Assembly: GCA_028715645.1 (NCBI GenBank)
Contig: JAQURK010000002.1
Location: 756 to 64,755, forward strand
DNA from: Candidatus Omnitrophota bacterium
GTDB lineage: Bacteria; Omnitrophota; Gorgyraeia; JABMQH01
Direction of reading: 5' to 3'
DNA length: 64,000 bases
Below, in pieces: positions 43,320-54,163 of this stretch. Positions within the stretch are counted from its first letter, which is position 1, and every line of letters begins with the position of its first letter. Under the pieces are notes generated by a model. It was not told the origin of the DNA, searched no databases, and saw only the letters and a program-made list of their open reading frames with translations. Position numbers and translations under genes: made by a program.

Positions 43320-44594
43320 TTAACTAACGACTATATTGGCTTGTTTTATCAATAAATCAAGAATCTTGCCGTTTCTTAATTCCATTTTAAGATTTGACAG
43401 CAGGTCATTATCCTTGTAATATTTTTCAATCTTTGCCTTGCCCTGGTTATGGCGTTTGGCGATCTCCTCGAGGGTCTCATCAAGTTCCTCACTGGATACG
43501 CTTATCTTTTCCTTGTGGGCGATCTCATCAAGGATAAACATCGTTTTCACCTGTTTCTCGGAAACGGGCCTCAGCCTGGCCTCCAATTCCTTCTCTTTCG
43601 CTTCTATATCCGGCTCTTTAAGCCCCTGTTTTATCAGCCTTTCCTTTTCTTCGGCGATAAGATACTTCAGCTGTTCCTCAACAAGAGAAGTTGGGACCGT
43701 GAAATTCGCGTTTTCAAGGAGCCTTTCTATGACCTGATGCTCCATTTCATGCCTGGTCTTCAGTTCCGCCTGTCTTTCGAGCATCTTCCTGACCGATTCT
43801 TCCAGAGCGGAAAGGTTATTATACCCCAAATCCTTTGCGAATTCATCATCTATTTGCGGTAATATTTTTTCCTTTATCTCCTTTACCTTGATCTTAAAGA
43901 TGGCCTTCTTGTCCGCGTATTCCTTATTCGAGAAATCGGCCGGAATCGTGCTTTCTATCTCCTTTTCATCGTTAAGATTCGCCCCCATGAGGGCCGCGGA
44001 GAGATTGGGTATATAGGATTTTTCCTCTATGGGCATCCAGATATTTTCCCTCTTTTTCGAAATGGGCTTTCCTTCCACAAGTATCTCTGAATCGCACACA
44101 ATATAATCGCCAAGCCGCACAGGCCTGTTTTCAGCGTTCTTGAACTTGGCGCTTGATTCTCTTAGCGCCTCAACCGATTCCCGGACGTCCTTTTCCTTTA
44201 TCTCAACGCTCTTTTTGGTGATCTTTAAGGCCTTATAATCTTTTAATTCTATCCTAGGCCTGATGTTGAACTCGGCCTTAAAGGACAGGCTGCTTGAATC
44301 ATCCAGCTTTATATCGCTTATATCGGGAAGGCCCAGGGGAATAAAGCCCTCCTCGTTGATCGCCTTCTGATAAGAATCGGAGATCAAGTCCTCGATGACT
44401 TCTTTTAAAACCCTGTCGCCATAGTGCTTCTCCAATAAGTCCCTCGGCGCCTTTCCCATCCTGAAACCGGGCACGGCCGCCGTTTTTCCGATTTTGTTGA
44501 ACAGCTCATCCTTGCGCGTTTTCACATCCTTCGCCGGTATCTCTATGTCAAAGGCCTTCCGGTTTTCCTCTATATGCGTGATCTTTTTTTTCAT
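43320..44594 (-). CDS. tig: Trigger factor
   Basis: 424 aa. Ribosome-binding N-terminal domain with GFRMGKAP motif, and a PPIase middle domain. Confidence 0.9.
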   Translation of the reverse strand: MKKKITHIEENRKAFDIEIPAKDVKTRKDELFNKIGKTAAVPGFRMGKAPRDLLEKHYGDRVLKEVIEDLISDSYQKAINEEGFIPLGLPDISDIKLDDSSSLSFKAEFNIRPRIELKDYKALKITKKSVEIKEKDVRESVEALRESSAKFKNAENRPVRLGDYIVCDSEILVEGKPISKKRENIWMPIEEKSYIPNLSAALMGANLNDEKEIESTIPADFSNKEYADKKAIFKIKVKEIKEKILPQIDDEFAKDLGYNNLSALEESVRKMLERQAELKTRHEMEHQVIERLLENANFTVPTSLVEEQLKYLIAEEKERLIKQGLKEPDIEAKEKELEARLRPVSEKQVKTMFILDEIAHKEKISVSSEELDETLEEIAKRHNQGKAKIEKYYKDNDLLSNLKMELRNGKILDLLIKQANIVVS

Positions 44595-44596
44595 TT

Positions 44597-45109
44597 TTAT
44601 TCAGGGATTATCAGGCCGTAATTTCCATCCTCTCTCTTATAGGCCACGTTTATTGCTTCTGTTTCCGCGTTCCTAAAAACCAAAAAATTATCATTAAACA
44701 GGTCCAGCTCCATGCAGGCCTCATCAATCGACATCGGCTTGGGTTGAAACTGTCTTGTTATTACCTTTTCCTTTTTTTCCTTTTGGGGCAGGGCCGCGGC
44801 TTTCTCGAAACGGGTCCTCGGTTTATGTTCCTTTATACGGTCCCTGAGTTTTAAAAGCTGCTTATGAAGGCTGCCCAGGGCATTGTCTATCGAGGAATAC
44901 ATGTCGCGACTTTCCTCTATTGCGGTAAGTTTAAAATATTTCAGGAAAAGCGTAATCTCGGCTATATGACGGAATTTCTGCACCTCCAATATGACATGGG
45001 CCCCTTTTATCTTTTTGGCATACTTCTCAAGTTTTAGCAGCTTTGAATCAACGTATTTTTTTACCGCCTCTGTAGCGTCGAAGTGCCTGCTGACTACCGT
45101 GATCTGCAT
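44597..45109 (-). CDS. hpf: Ribosome hibernation-promoting factor (long form)
   Basis: MQITVVSRHFDATEAVKKYV... with a C-terminal extension. 170 aa. Confidence 0.85.
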   Translation of the reverse strand: MQITVVSRHFDATEAVKKYVDSKLLKLEKYAKKIKGAHVILEVQKFRHIAEITLFLKYFKLTAIEESRDMYSSIDNALGSLHKQLLKLRDRIKEHKPRTRFEKAAALPQKEKKEKVITRQFQPKPMSIDEACMELDLFNDNFLVFRNAETEAINVAYKREDGNYGLIIPE

Positions 45110-45122
45110 CGTTCCTCCCTTG

Positions 45123-45848
45123 TTATGTCAAATTAAATTTCTCACCCAGATAGATGCGCCGCGCCTCGGGGTTGTTCGTCAACTCTTCGGCGGTCCCCGA
45201 TATGAGTATCCTTCCGGAGACCATGATATAGGAGCGGTCTGTAACCGCGAGCGTCTCTCTCACGTTATGGTCGGTAAGCAGTATCCCGAGCCCTTTTTCC
45301 TTTAAATATCCGATAATCTGCTGGCACTCAAATACCGCGATGGGGTCTATCCCCGAAAAAGGCTCATCCAGCAGGATAAATAAGGGGTTTGTGACAAGGG
45401 CGCGGGTTATCTCAAGACGCCGGCGTTCTCCTCCTGACAGGGTATAGGCCTTGTTCTTCGCAAGATGGGCAATCTTGAGCTCGTTTAATAATTTGGCCAG
45501 CCTCTGCTCCCTTTCCTTCGCGGAGATATTAAGCGTCTCAAGTATCGCCATTATATTTTCCTCGACCGTCAGTTTCCGGAAAACGGACGGCTCCTGGGCG
45601 AGATAACCTATGCCGCATCTGGCGCGCTCATGCATGGGCAGGTTGGCAATGTCCTGTTCATCAAAAATAATCTCGCCTGCGTCGGGTTTTATAAGGCCGA
45701 TTATCATGTAAAAGGTCGTTGTCTTCCCTGCCCCGTTCGGGCCTAAAAGTCCGACGATCTCTCCGCGCCTCACATTGATCTGGACATTATTCACTACGGT
45801 CCTGTCGCCGTACCTTTTAACTAATGACCTTGTCTCCAAAAGATGCAT
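45123..45848 (-). CDS. lptB: LPS export ABC transporter ATP-binding protein
   Basis: Walker [21 protein letters not shown] signature, 241 aa. Followed directly by hpf. Confidence 0.85.
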   Translation of the reverse strand: MHLLETRSLVKRYGDRTVVNNVQINVRRGEIVGLLGPNGAGKTTTFYMIIGLIKPDAGEIIFDEQDIANLPMHERARCGIGYLAQEPSVFRKLTVEENIMAILETLNISAKEREQRLAKLLNELKIAHLAKNKAYTLSGGERRRLEITRALVTNPLFILLDEPFSGIDPIAVFECQQIIGYLKEKGLGILLTDHNVRETLAVTDRSYIMVSGRILISGTAEELTNNPEARRIYLGEKFNLT

Positions 45849-45850
45849 TA

Positions 45851-46720
45851 TTAATTCCTTTTTCCCTTTGGGAAAACTACCAGTCTGGGTTTTCCTATAA
45901 GCCTTACCCTCCCGTCCCTAACGGTGTATACCGCCTTGTCCGAGTATGTGGAATTGCCTTCCCTGGCTATCTTCACATTTCCTATGGCAACCACCCTCAC
46001 GATCTTCCTGGTATCGGGATTGAATAGAACCTTCATGATATCCGAATATATCTCGCCCCTCTTGTCGCGGATGCGGACATTGTTGTAAAGCACTGAAAGG
46101 TTCTTTTTGTAATTAACTACCAGGGGACCGTCGCAGGTTATGAGTGTCGGCGTATCTTCCTTTAGTTCTACAACAACATCTTTCTTAAGTTCGACCTTTC
46201 TCAATCCCGGCGTACCGATGGCTCCCCTGCCGGTCGAGACCAGATTTTCCCTCTCGATCCTTACGACCGAATCGGTACTGACGCACTCTTCCTTATCGTC
46301 CCAATGGAGGCGGTCGGTCATAAGGAGGGTGCCATCCGAGGTCCTGCCCACGACATTCTTTTCCAAGTCTATGTCCTTTGTGACCTTATCGTATACCCCC
46401 CGCCTGGCCTTCACCGTCAGCGATGAACCTTCATCCCCATAGGCCTTTGCGGTGATATAATCAAGTTTTATTACATTTGAGAGGATATCCGCGCATGCCC
46501 CGTTAAGTTCCCACTTTTTGGTTCCGTCGTCATGGTATCCTTCCAGGTTAAAGGACAATATCTTCTGCGCGAGGCTCTGGTCAGTTGCTTCGTCATCGGA
46601 TATATCTTCCTTGGACACAGTGTCCCCTGCGGCAGGCGTTCTTTTCGCGCAGCCGGTACCCAAGGATATAATTATCATAAGTAATATGGATATTAAGGTA
46701 GGAAGAATGCTTCGCCACAT
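45851..46720 (-). CDS. LptC/LptA-family (OstA-like) periplasmic LPS transport protein, possibly a fused or extended form
   Basis: N-terminal anchor. Two OstA-like beta-jellyroll-like segments. 289 aa, longer than either LptC or LptA alone. Immediately upstream of lptB. Confidence 0.5.
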   Translation of the reverse strand: MWRSILPTLISILLMIIISLGTGCAKRTPAAGDTVSKEDISDDEATDQSLAQKILSFNLEGYHDDGTKKWELNGACADILSNVIKLDYITAKAYGDEGSSLTVKARRGVYDKVTKDIDLEKNVVGRTSDGTLLMTDRLHWDDKEECVSTDSVVRIERENLVSTGRGAIGTPGLRKVELKKDVVVELKEDTPTLITCDGPLVVNYKKNLSVLYNNVRIRDKRGEIYSDIMKVLFNPDTRKIVRVVAIGNVKIAREGNSTYSDKAVYTVRDGRVRLIGKPRLVVFPKGKRN

Positions 46721-46783
46721 GACAAGGCAAGATTATAACATTTTATATGCTGTGATACAAGAAAATAAACTATTTATTCTATA

Positions 46784-46865
46784 TGCGGAAGGAGAGATTT
46801 GAACTCTCAAGGGTTGCCCCATACGGTCCTGAGCCGTACGCGTATGCCAGTTCCGCCACTTCCGC
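46784..46865 (-). tRNA. tRNA-Leu (anticodon CAG)
   Basis: Cloverleaf folds cleanly. 7-bp acceptor stem GCGGAAG/CUUCCGC; D-loop with GG; anticodon stem UACGG/CCGUA with loop CUCAGGA; long variable arm GGGG-CAA-CCCU; T-loop UUCAAAU. No encoded CCA. Confidence 0.9.
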
Positions 46866-46875
46866 GGCTTGTTTT

Positions 46876-47349
46876 TTACTTCCTTTCGATCTTTACTACC
46901 TTATATCTAAGGGCCCCTGCCGGCACTTCCAGTTCTATGGTATCGTTTACCGCATGGCCAAGGACGGCCTTGCCTACCGGCGAGGATACTGAGATTTTAT
47001 TATTGGCGAAATCCGCTTCCTCCTGGTTGACAAGCATATATATAAGCACTTCCCCTGAATCAAGGTCTTTCAGCGTAACTGTCGCCCCCAGATACGCCTT
47101 GTTTTTATCTATTTTTTCGTTGTCCAGTATCTTAACTCGGCTAAGGTCCCTTTCAAGCTCCGCTATCCTCTTCTCAAGAAGGGCCTGCGCCTGTTTCGCG
47201 GAGTCATATTCGGCGTTCTCGCGGAGGTCGCCGAGAGAACGGGCATGTTCCAGCTGCTCGGAGATCTCGCGCCGTTTTGTCTTTTTTAGATATTCCAGTT
47301 CCTTAAAGAGTTTTTCGTATCCCTCGCGTGTCAGATATGTATAATCCAT
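46876..47349 (-). CDS. greA: Transcription elongation factor GreA
   Basis: Coiled-coil N-terminal domain plus FKBP-like C-terminal domain. 157 aa. Confidence 0.9.
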   Translation of the reverse strand: MDYTYLTREGYEKLFKELEYLKKTKRREISEQLEHARSLGDLRENAEYDSAKQAQALLEKRIAELERDLSRVKILDNEKIDKNKAYLGATVTLKDLDSGEVLIYMLVNQEEADFANNKISVSSPVGKAVLGHAVNDTIELEVPAGALRYKVVKIERK

Positions 47350-47351
47350 GA

Positions 47352-48785
47352 TTATCCCTTCTCCAGTGAATGCCTGGATGGCTTGTGTTTGACGGCTACA
47401 GGATAATTGCCGTCAAAACAGCAGGTGCAAAATTCTTCTTTGGGAAGAGGCATTGAGGCAAGCATCCCTTCGAGGCTAAGATAACCCAGGCTGTCAAGGC
47501 CGATATAATCCCTTATCTCATCGACCGTCCTCTGCGAAGCTATGAGTTCCTCTTTTGTCGGAAAATCAATGCCATAATAACACGGGTGCCTGAGAGGAGG
47601 ACAGCTTATTCTCATATGCACCTCTTTTGCGCCGGCGTCCCTTATTGCCTTTACCCTCGCCCTTGAAGTCGTGCCTCTGACAATGGAATCCTCAATTATG
47701 GCAACGCGTTTGCCCTTAAGCAATTCCTTTACCGGATTAAGTTTTACTTTTACGCCGAAATCCCTTATATGCTGTGATGGCAGAATAAATGTCCTCCCTA
47801 TATAATGGTTCCTTATGATGCCCATCTCAAAGGGTATGCCCGAGGACTGCGCATAGCCCAGCGCGGCGCATGTCCCTGAATCCGGAACAGGGACGATCAT
47901 ATCTACGGCGGCGGGATGTTCCTTAAAAAGTCTTTCGCCAAGCCTTTTTCTGGCCAGGTATACGCTATGCCCGAATATGTTGGAATCGGGCCTGGCAAAA
48001 TAGATGTATTCAAAAATGCAGAAGGCGTGCCTTGCAGGAGGAAAAGGGCTGACTGAATGAATACCCCTTTTATTTATGAATACCACTTCTCCGGGCTCTA
48101 TCTCCCTTATATACCTGGCCTGGATAAGGTCCAGGGCGCAGGTCTCTGACGACAGAACCCAGGAGCCATCCACCTGGCCAAGGCATAACGGCCTAAACCC
48201 ATTTGGGTCTCTTACTCCTATGACCTGGTCCTTGGTAATAAGGACCAGCGAAAAGGCGCCTTTTATCCTGGAAAGCGCGTCAATCAGCCTGTCCTGTAAT
48301 TTTTTCTTTTTTGACCTTGCCACAAGGTGTACGATGATCTCGCTATCCATAGTAGTCTGGAATATCGCCCCTTCCTTCTCCAGTTCCTGGCGAAGAGGCA
48401 AGGCATTCACTAACGTCCCGTTGTGGCCGACCGCGAGAAAGTCATTGGCATATTCGACCATAAACGGCTGGGTGTTTTTTAAAAGTGTGGAACCTGTAGT
48501 AGAATAGCGGACATGGCCTATCGCGAGATGGCCCTTAAGCGATTTTAGATTCTCATCATTAAAGACATCGGAGACAAGGCCCATCCCTTTAAATTGTCGC
48601 ATCTCTTTTTCATCCGAAACCACAATGCCGGCGCTCTCCTGTCCCCTGTGCTGAAGCGAATATAGACCGAGATACGCGAGCTGGGCCGCGTCCTTATGCC
48701 CGTATATGCCAAAAAGCCCGCAGTATTCTTTTTTATCCGCCTGCGGCGAGATATTACAGCATCTTTTTTGCATAAATAACCCCAT
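47352..48785 (-). CDS. purF: Amidophosphoribosyltransferase
   Basis: Ntn-hydrolase CGLFGIYGH N-terminus following a propeptide-like extension, PRTase motif, C-terminal Cys cluster. Confidence 0.9.
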   Translation of the reverse strand: MGLFMQKRCCNISPQADKKEYCGLFGIYGHKDAAQLAYLGLYSLQHRGQESAGIVVSDEKEMRQFKGMGLVSDVFNDENLKSLKGHLAIGHVRYSTTGSTLLKNTQPFMVEYANDFLAVGHNGTLVNALPLRQELEKEGAIFQTTMDSEIIVHLVARSKKKKLQDRLIDALSRIKGAFSLVLITKDQVIGVRDPNGFRPLCLGQVDGSWVLSSETCALDLIQARYIREIEPGEVVFINKRGIHSVSPFPPARHAFCIFEYIYFARPDSNIFGHSVYLARKRLGERLFKEHPAAVDMIVPVPDSGTCAALGYAQSSGIPFEMGIIRNHYIGRTFILPSQHIRDFGVKVKLNPVKELLKGKRVAIIEDSIVRGTTSRARVKAIRDAGAKEVHMRISCPPLRHPCYYGIDFPTKEELIASQRTVDEIRDYIGLDSLGYLSLEGMLASMPLPKEEFCTCCFDGNYPVAVKHKPSRHSLEKG

Positions 48786-49602
48786 TCCTGAAAATTGCCA
48801 GGCCGTCGCCCTCTTTCAAATTTCTCAACCCACGTAAGCTGGCCTGCCCGCCGAAGCCAATATTCTCTGAATCGCAGAAGCTGCGAAGGCGGGTCCATCT
48901 GGGATGCTGGGTATAATGGATATGTCTTTCCGGATGCGGCATCAGGCCGAATATCCTGCCTGTCTGGTCGCAAATCCCGGCAATATCTTCAATGGAACCG
49001 TTCGGATTGGCGGGATAGCCGGCGGAATTTCCTTCTTTATCAGAGTATTTAAAGGCGATCAGGCCTTCGGAATCTAGCAGCCTTAATAGTGTCTCGTCCC
49101 TGGCTATAAATCTTCCTTCGCCGTGAGCGACAGGCAAGTATATTATGTCATCCGGCAGATCCTTCGTCCAGATACATCTTGAGTGCATCCTTTTTAAATA
49201 AACCCATCTGTCCTCGAACCTCGCGGAATTATTCAAGGTCAATGTCGCCTCTATCTGAAAACCGCTGTTTAAATTCGGCAGAAGGCCTGCCTTGACCAGG
49301 ACCTGAAAACCGTTGCAGATACCGATAATTAGTTTACCGCTGGAGATAAATCGTTTTACTTCATCCTCGAGTTTATATCTCAGTTCATTCGCGAGAAGTT
49401 TTCCGCTGGCGATATCGTCCCCATATGTGAAGCCGCCGGGGATAGCCAGTATCTGGTAATTATTAAGCTCTTTTTCGCCCCTCACCAGCTGGTTGATATG
49501 GACGGAATCCGTCTTCGCGCCTACTTCCTCAAAGGCAAAAGCAGTCTCCCTGTCGCAATTTGTCCCGGCCGCCCGCAATATAACCACCCTTGGTCTGCCC
49601 AT
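48754..49602 (-). CDS. purQ: Phosphoribosylformylglycinamidine synthase, glutamine amidotransferase subunit
   Basis: Class I GATase (ICNGFQ catalytic Cys, His/Glu). 282 aa. Confidence 0.8.
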   Translation of the reverse strand: MGRPRVVILRAAGTNCDRETAFAFEEVGAKTDSVHINQLVRGEKELNNYQILAIPGGFTYGDDIASGKLLANELRYKLEDEVKRFISSGKLIIGICNGFQVLVKAGLLPNLNSGFQIEATLTLNNSARFEDRWVYLKRMHSRCIWTKDLPDDIIYLPVAHGEGRFIARDETLLRLLDSEGLIAFKYSDKEGNSAGYPANPNGSIEDIAGICDQTGRIFGLMPHPERHIHYTQHPRWTRLRSFCDSENIGFGGQASLRGLRNLKEGDGLAIFRNGVIYAKKML

Positions 49603-49603
49603 A

Positions 49604-52510
49604 TCAAAATCCTTTAAAAGGCCGCTGCCATGCGTCTTTAAGTTCTTTTAAGCCGGCGTCTATCACCGCGGATTTACCGTCAATGCCGGTTACCCGGAAT
49701 CTCTCTTCCTTGGTAACCTCTCCTATCAGCCCTATAGGGGCGCCTTTCATGGCCTTCCTGAACTTTTTTTTCAATTTCCTGGGCACCTCTACGATAAATC
49801 TCGTATTCGATTCTGAGAATAACAATATATCATTCCTCTTGTGTCCTTTATAAGGCACCTTATCAACGCGCATCTCCATACCTAAACCGCCGGCAAAGGC
49901 CATCTCCGCGCAGGCGACCGCGATGCCGCCTTCCGAACAGTCATGGCAGGCGCTGACAAGGCCCCTGTTAACGGCCTTTGAGAGTTTCCGCATTACCGCC
50001 TTGCCGGACTTGGCGTTTACCTTGGGCACATTTTTCCCCACTTCCCCGTTAATATGATAATAATGAGATCCGCCCATCTCATTATAAGTAGCGCCTACCG
50101 CAAAAATGAGGTCGCCTGGCTTTTTCAAGTCCATGCTTACTGCTTTCGATACATCATCCATGACCGCCATGGCGGATATTAAAAGGGTGCCCGGGATCGC
50201 GATAGATTTTCCGTCAACCGTGTACTCATTATTGAGGCTGTCCTTGCCCGAGATAAATGGGACGCCATATGCCTTGGCAACGTCATAACAGCCTTGAGCG
50301 GCCCTGACCAGCCCTCCAAGCCTGTCAGGTTTGTCTGTATTGCCCCAGCAGAAATTATCCAAAAGCGCTACTTCTTTTAAAGAACCTCCTACGGCGATTA
50401 TCTGCCGGAGCGCCTCATCTATCGCCGAGGCGGCCATCCAGTATGGATCGATAAGGCCGTACATCGGATTTATGCCGTTTGAAACTATCACCGCTTTCTT
50501 GGAATCCAGGATCGGTTTAACGATGCAGGCGTCCGAGGGCCCGTCATTTTCCGCGCCTACAAGCGGCTTAAGCGCGCTTGCCCCCTGCACCTCATGATCG
50601 TATTGCCTGATAATCCATTCCTTGCTTGCGACGTTCAGACTGGAGAGTATCTTCATAAGCGGCAGGGTCGATTGTTTTTCCGCCTGGATCTGAGGTTCCT
50701 TTAGGTCAGGCGGCTCCCACAACGCGGTTCTTTTTATCTTCGGCAGGCCGTTATGAAGGAATCGCATATCAAGATCGCAAACCTTTTTCCGGTTGTAGAA
50801 AAGTTCCAGCCGTTTTGTTTTTGTGAATTCGCCTATGACGGTAGCCTCAACATCCTCTTTCCTGAATACCTCCAATATGGCGTCTATCTTTGACTTGTCG
50901 ACGGCAAGGAGCATCCGTTCCTGGGCCTCCGAGATCCATATCTCCGTATATGTCAGCCCTTTATATTTTAACGGTATTTTTTCCAGGTAAACCCTGACGC
51001 CGGTCTCTTCTCCCATCTCTCCGACCGCGCTTGAAAGGCCTCCCCCGCCGCAGTCCGTGATGGCATCGAAGAGGTTCCTGTCCCTTGCCTTAAGGAGCGT
51101 GTCGGTTACCTTTTTCTCGGTTATCGGGTTGCCTATCTGCACGGCGGAGCCCGACCTCGTCTCCGATTCCGCGGTAAGCTCGCCTGAGGAAAAGGTGGCG
51201 CCATGTATCCCGTCCCTTCCTGTCCGGCCTCCGACTAAAAGGACAAGATCGCCGCTCTCAACTTTTTTTGTAGATCTGTCTTTGGGTATAAGTCCGACGT
51301 TTCCGCAAAATACGAGCGGATTTCCTATGTAGCGTTCATCGAACAAAACGGCGCCGTTGGCGGTCGGTATTCCCATCCTGTTTCCATAATCGCGCACGCC
51401 GGCGACTACGCCTTTCATTATCCGCTTGGGGTGCAAGACGCCCTTGGGTAATTTTTCATGCGGATAATCGGGCGGGCCGAAACAAAAGACATCTGTGTTT
51501 AATATAGGCCTCGCCCCCCTGCCTGTCCCGAGCGGGTCCCTTATTACGCCGCCTGTCCCTGTGCCGGCGCCTCCGTAAGGCTCAAGGGCCGATGGATGAT
51601 TATGCGTTTCAACCTTGAAGCAGACATTGAATTTTGGATTGAATTTTATGACACCCGAATTGTCTTTGAAGACGGAAACACACCAGGATTTCTTTAATTC
51701 CCTGGTGACTTTCATTATTGTCTCTTTGAGCAGATTATTATAAATCCTGGTCGATGGTCCCGTTTTCTTTATCTCTTTATATTCCACCGCCCCTCTAAAC
51801 GTCTTGTGCTTGCAGTGTTCAGACCAAGTTTGGGCTATCGTCTCAAGCTCGCAATCCGTAGGCGGCTTTCCGAGTTTCTTAAAATAATCCCTTATCGTCC
51901 GCATCTCATTCAGGTTCAAAAAAAGCTGCCCCTTGGCGCTTAGCGCAAGCAGGGCCTTGTCATCCATCTCCAGCATATCCACATTGATGAGCCTGAATTT
52001 ATACGGCGCCACCTCGCCCTTCTCGATCTTTAAGTCAGCCGCTTCCTTTTTCGCGTCGGAAATGTGCTGTATCACCTTGTTGTAAAGAAGCTTATCGCCG
52101 ATATAATTGACCTGTTCCTGGGCAATGCCGCCTTTTATCAAATATTTACGCGCGGTCTTTATAGAGTTGACCCCCGGTATGCCAAGGTCCCTGATACCTT
52201 TTTTTGTTGAATCCTCAACCGGGTCCATAACCCCCGGCTTGTAGCAGACCTCAAGGGCATGGACATCGCCTCGCCCTTTAGTCTCAAATGAGCCGTCATA
52301 CCTGTATTCCTGGGTTATGGGGTCGGTAAGCAGCTCCTCGCAGATCCTCCTGATCTCGGAAGCCGTTATCTTTCCCTCTATGTTATAGATATCTATAACG
52401 CCTACTTCTTCGACCTGTTTTATGTTCAGATCCAGGATATCTTTTTTGATCCCTTCGCCTGCGGCGTCAAAAATACCCGGTTTATTTTTTACCTCAACCC
52501 GCCATATCAT
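49604..52510 (-). CDS. purL: Phosphoribosylformylglycinamidine synthase PurS-PurL fusion
   Basis: 968 aa. The N-terminal ~80 aa are PurS-like, followed by PurM-like AIRS domains of PurL. Confidence 0.85.
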   Translation of the reverse strand: MIWRVEVKNKPGIFDAAGEGIKKDILDLNIKQVEEVGVIDIYNIEGKITASEIRRICEELLTDPITQEYRYDGSFETKGRGDVHALEVCYKPGVMDPVEDSTKKGIRDLGIPGVNSIKTARKYLIKGGIAQEQVNYIGDKLLYNKVIQHISDAKKEAADLKIEKGEVAPYKFRLINVDMLEMDDKALLALSAKGQLFLNLNEMRTIRDYFKKLGKPPTDCELETIAQTWSEHCKHKTFRGAVEYKEIKKTGPSTRIYNNLLKETIMKVTRELKKSWCVSVFKDNSGVIKFNPKFNVCFKVETHNHPSALEPYGGAGTGTGGVIRDPLGTGRGARPILNTDVFCFGPPDYPHEKLPKGVLHPKRIMKGVVAGVRDYGNRMGIPTANGAVLFDERYIGNPLVFCGNVGLIPKDRSTKKVESGDLVLLVGGRTGRDGIHGATFSSGELTAESETRSGSAVQIGNPITEKKVTDTLLKARDRNLFDAITDCGGGGLSSAVGEMGEETGVRVYLEKIPLKYKGLTYTEIWISEAQERMLLAVDKSKIDAILEVFRKEDVEATVIGEFTKTKRLELFYNRKKVCDLDMRFLHNGLPKIKRTALWEPPDLKEPQIQAEKQSTLPLMKILSSLNVASKEWIIRQYDHEVQGASALKPLVGAENDGPSDACIVKPILDSKKAVIVSNGINPMYGLIDPYWMAASAIDEALRQIIAVGGSLKEVALLDNFCWGNTDKPDRLGGLVRAAQGCYDVAKAYGVPFISGKDSLNNEYTVDGKSIAIPGTLLISAMAVMDDVSKAVSMDLKKPGDLIFAVGATYNEMGGSHYYHINGEVGKNVPKVNAKSGKAVMRKLSKAVNRGLVSACHDCSEGGIAVACAEMAFAGGLGMEMRVDKVPYKGHKRNDILLFSESNTRFIVEVPRKLKKKFRKAMKGAPIGLIGEVTKEERFRVTGIDGKSAVIDAGLKELKDAWQRPFKGF

Positions 52511-52513
52511 AAA

Positions 52514-54058
52514 TTATTCCCATTCTATAGTCGCCGGCGGCTTTGAACTGATATCGTAGACCACCCGGTTAATCCCTCTTACTTCATTGATGATGCGGTT
52601 CGAAATCCTTGTCAGGAGGTCTTCAGGCATACGCGCCCAATCGGCAGTCATCCCGTCAATACTTGTAATAACCCTTATCGCAATAACATTCTCATACGTG
52701 CGTTCATCGCCCATAACGCCCACAGATTTAACCGGCAAGAGGACGCAAAAGGCCTGCCAAACTTTCCTGTAATATGCGGCCTTTTTTATCTCATCGATAA
52801 GTACCCAGTCCGCCTCCCTCAGCAAATCAAGACGCTCTTTTGTGACCTCACCTATGACGCGCACGGCAAGCCCCGGTCCCGGGAACGGATGACGCCAGAC
52901 TATCTCATCAGGCAGCCCCAGTTCCTTCCCCAAAAGCCTCACCTCATCCTTGAATAGATATTTAAACGGTTCTAGTAATTTCAAGTTCATTTTTTTGGGG
53001 AGCCCGCCTACATTGTGGTGTGTCTTTATTGTCGCGGACGGACCTCCGAAGGCCGAGCGGCTTTCGATAAGGTCGGGATAAAGCGTCCCCTGGGCCAGGA
53101 ATTTGACGGCCCCGGCCTTTTTGGCCTCTTTTTCAAATACCCTTATGAATTCTCTGCCTATGATCTTTCTCTTTTTTTCAGGATCGGTCACCCCGCGCAA
53201 TTTTTTTAAAAAAATTGATTCGGCGTCAACTGCCCTTAAATTGATCTTATAATAGTTCCTGAATTTCCTTATAACCAATTCCCGTTCGCCTTTTCTGAGC
53301 AGGCCGTTGTCAACAAATATGCAGACCGATCTTTTACCCACCGCCTTATTAAGCAGGACAGAAAGGACGGAGGAATCGACGCCGCCTGAAAGCGCGCACA
53401 GGACCTTTTTATCGCCGACCGTTTCCCTGATACCGGCTATCGCGTCATTTATGAAGGACCTCATATTCCAGATCCTGGAACAGCCGCAGATGTCATATAA
53501 AAAATTTTTAAATATCTTTCCGCCTAGAGGGGTATGCGCCACCTCCGGATGGAACTGGACCCCATAGATCTTTTTTTCCCGGTTTTCCATCGCCGCGATC
53601 CTGGAATTCGGCGTGCCGGCGATTATTTCAAAGCCTTTTGGCGGCCGCGTTACCCTGTCCCCGTGGCTCATCCATACGGAAAATCTTCTTGGGATACCGG
53701 TGAACAGGGCGCTTGCCTTTTTTTGGTCAAGCTCAGCGAACCCATATTCCCTTTTTTCTGCCCTTGATATCCTTCCTCCAAGGAACCTTCCCTCAAGCTG
53801 CATACCGTAACATATGCCCAGTATGGGAGCGCCCAGATCGAAGATTCCGGGTTCACAAACCGGGCTTTTTCTCACGGTAAGGCTCGCCGGGCCGCCGGAC
53901 ATGATTATGGCCTTCGGAAATTTCCCTGCTATGACACCGAGAGGGGTGTTATAGGGCAGGATCTCGCAATATACACCGCATTCCCTTACCCTTCTTGCGA
54001 TCAACTGGGTGTACTGCGAGCCAAAATCAAGTATTATAACAAGTTCCCTGTATTCCAT
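52514..54058 (-). CDS. guaA: GMP synthase (glutamine-hydrolysing)
   Basis: GATase domain with catalytic Cys, ATP-PPase SGGVDSS motif, 514 aa. Confidence 0.9.
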   Translation of the reverse strand: MEYRELVIILDFGSQYTQLIARRVRECGVYCEILPYNTPLGVIAGKFPKAIIMSGGPASLTVRKSPVCEPGIFDLGAPILGICYGMQLEGRFLGGRISRAEKREYGFAELDQKKASALFTGIPRRFSVWMSHGDRVTRPPKGFEIIAGTPNSRIAAMENREKKIYGVQFHPEVAHTPLGGKIFKNFLYDICGCSRIWNMRSFINDAIAGIRETVGDKKVLCALSGGVDSSVLSVLLNKAVGKRSVCIFVDNGLLRKGERELVIRKFRNYYKINLRAVDAESIFLKKLRGVTDPEKKRKIIGREFIRVFEKEAKKAGAVKFLAQGTLYPDLIESRSAFGGPSATIKTHHNVGGLPKKMNLKLLEPFKYLFKDEVRLLGKELGLPDEIVWRHPFPGPGLAVRVIGEVTKERLDLLREADWVLIDEIKKAAYYRKVWQAFCVLLPVKSVGVMGDERTYENVIAIRVITSIDGMTADWARMPEDLLTRISNRIINEVRGINRVVYDISSKPPATIEWE

Positions 54059-54112
54059 AAAATATAATGAGGCCAGGACCCTTTGAGTGTCTCTGACCTC
54101 CTTGTCTCCTTA

Positions 54113-54141
54113 ATAATATCAAAATGCGTATGTAATGTCAA
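54113..54141 (-). promoter_or_regulatory. Candidate sigma70 promoter for guaA (TTGACA, 17-nt spacer, TATTAT)
   Basis: Read on the minus strand: cttgacattacatacgcattttgatattatt, about 55 nt upstream of the guaA ATG. Confidence 0.4.
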
Positions 54142-54163
54142 GAATATCACTCGGTAAAAAATT

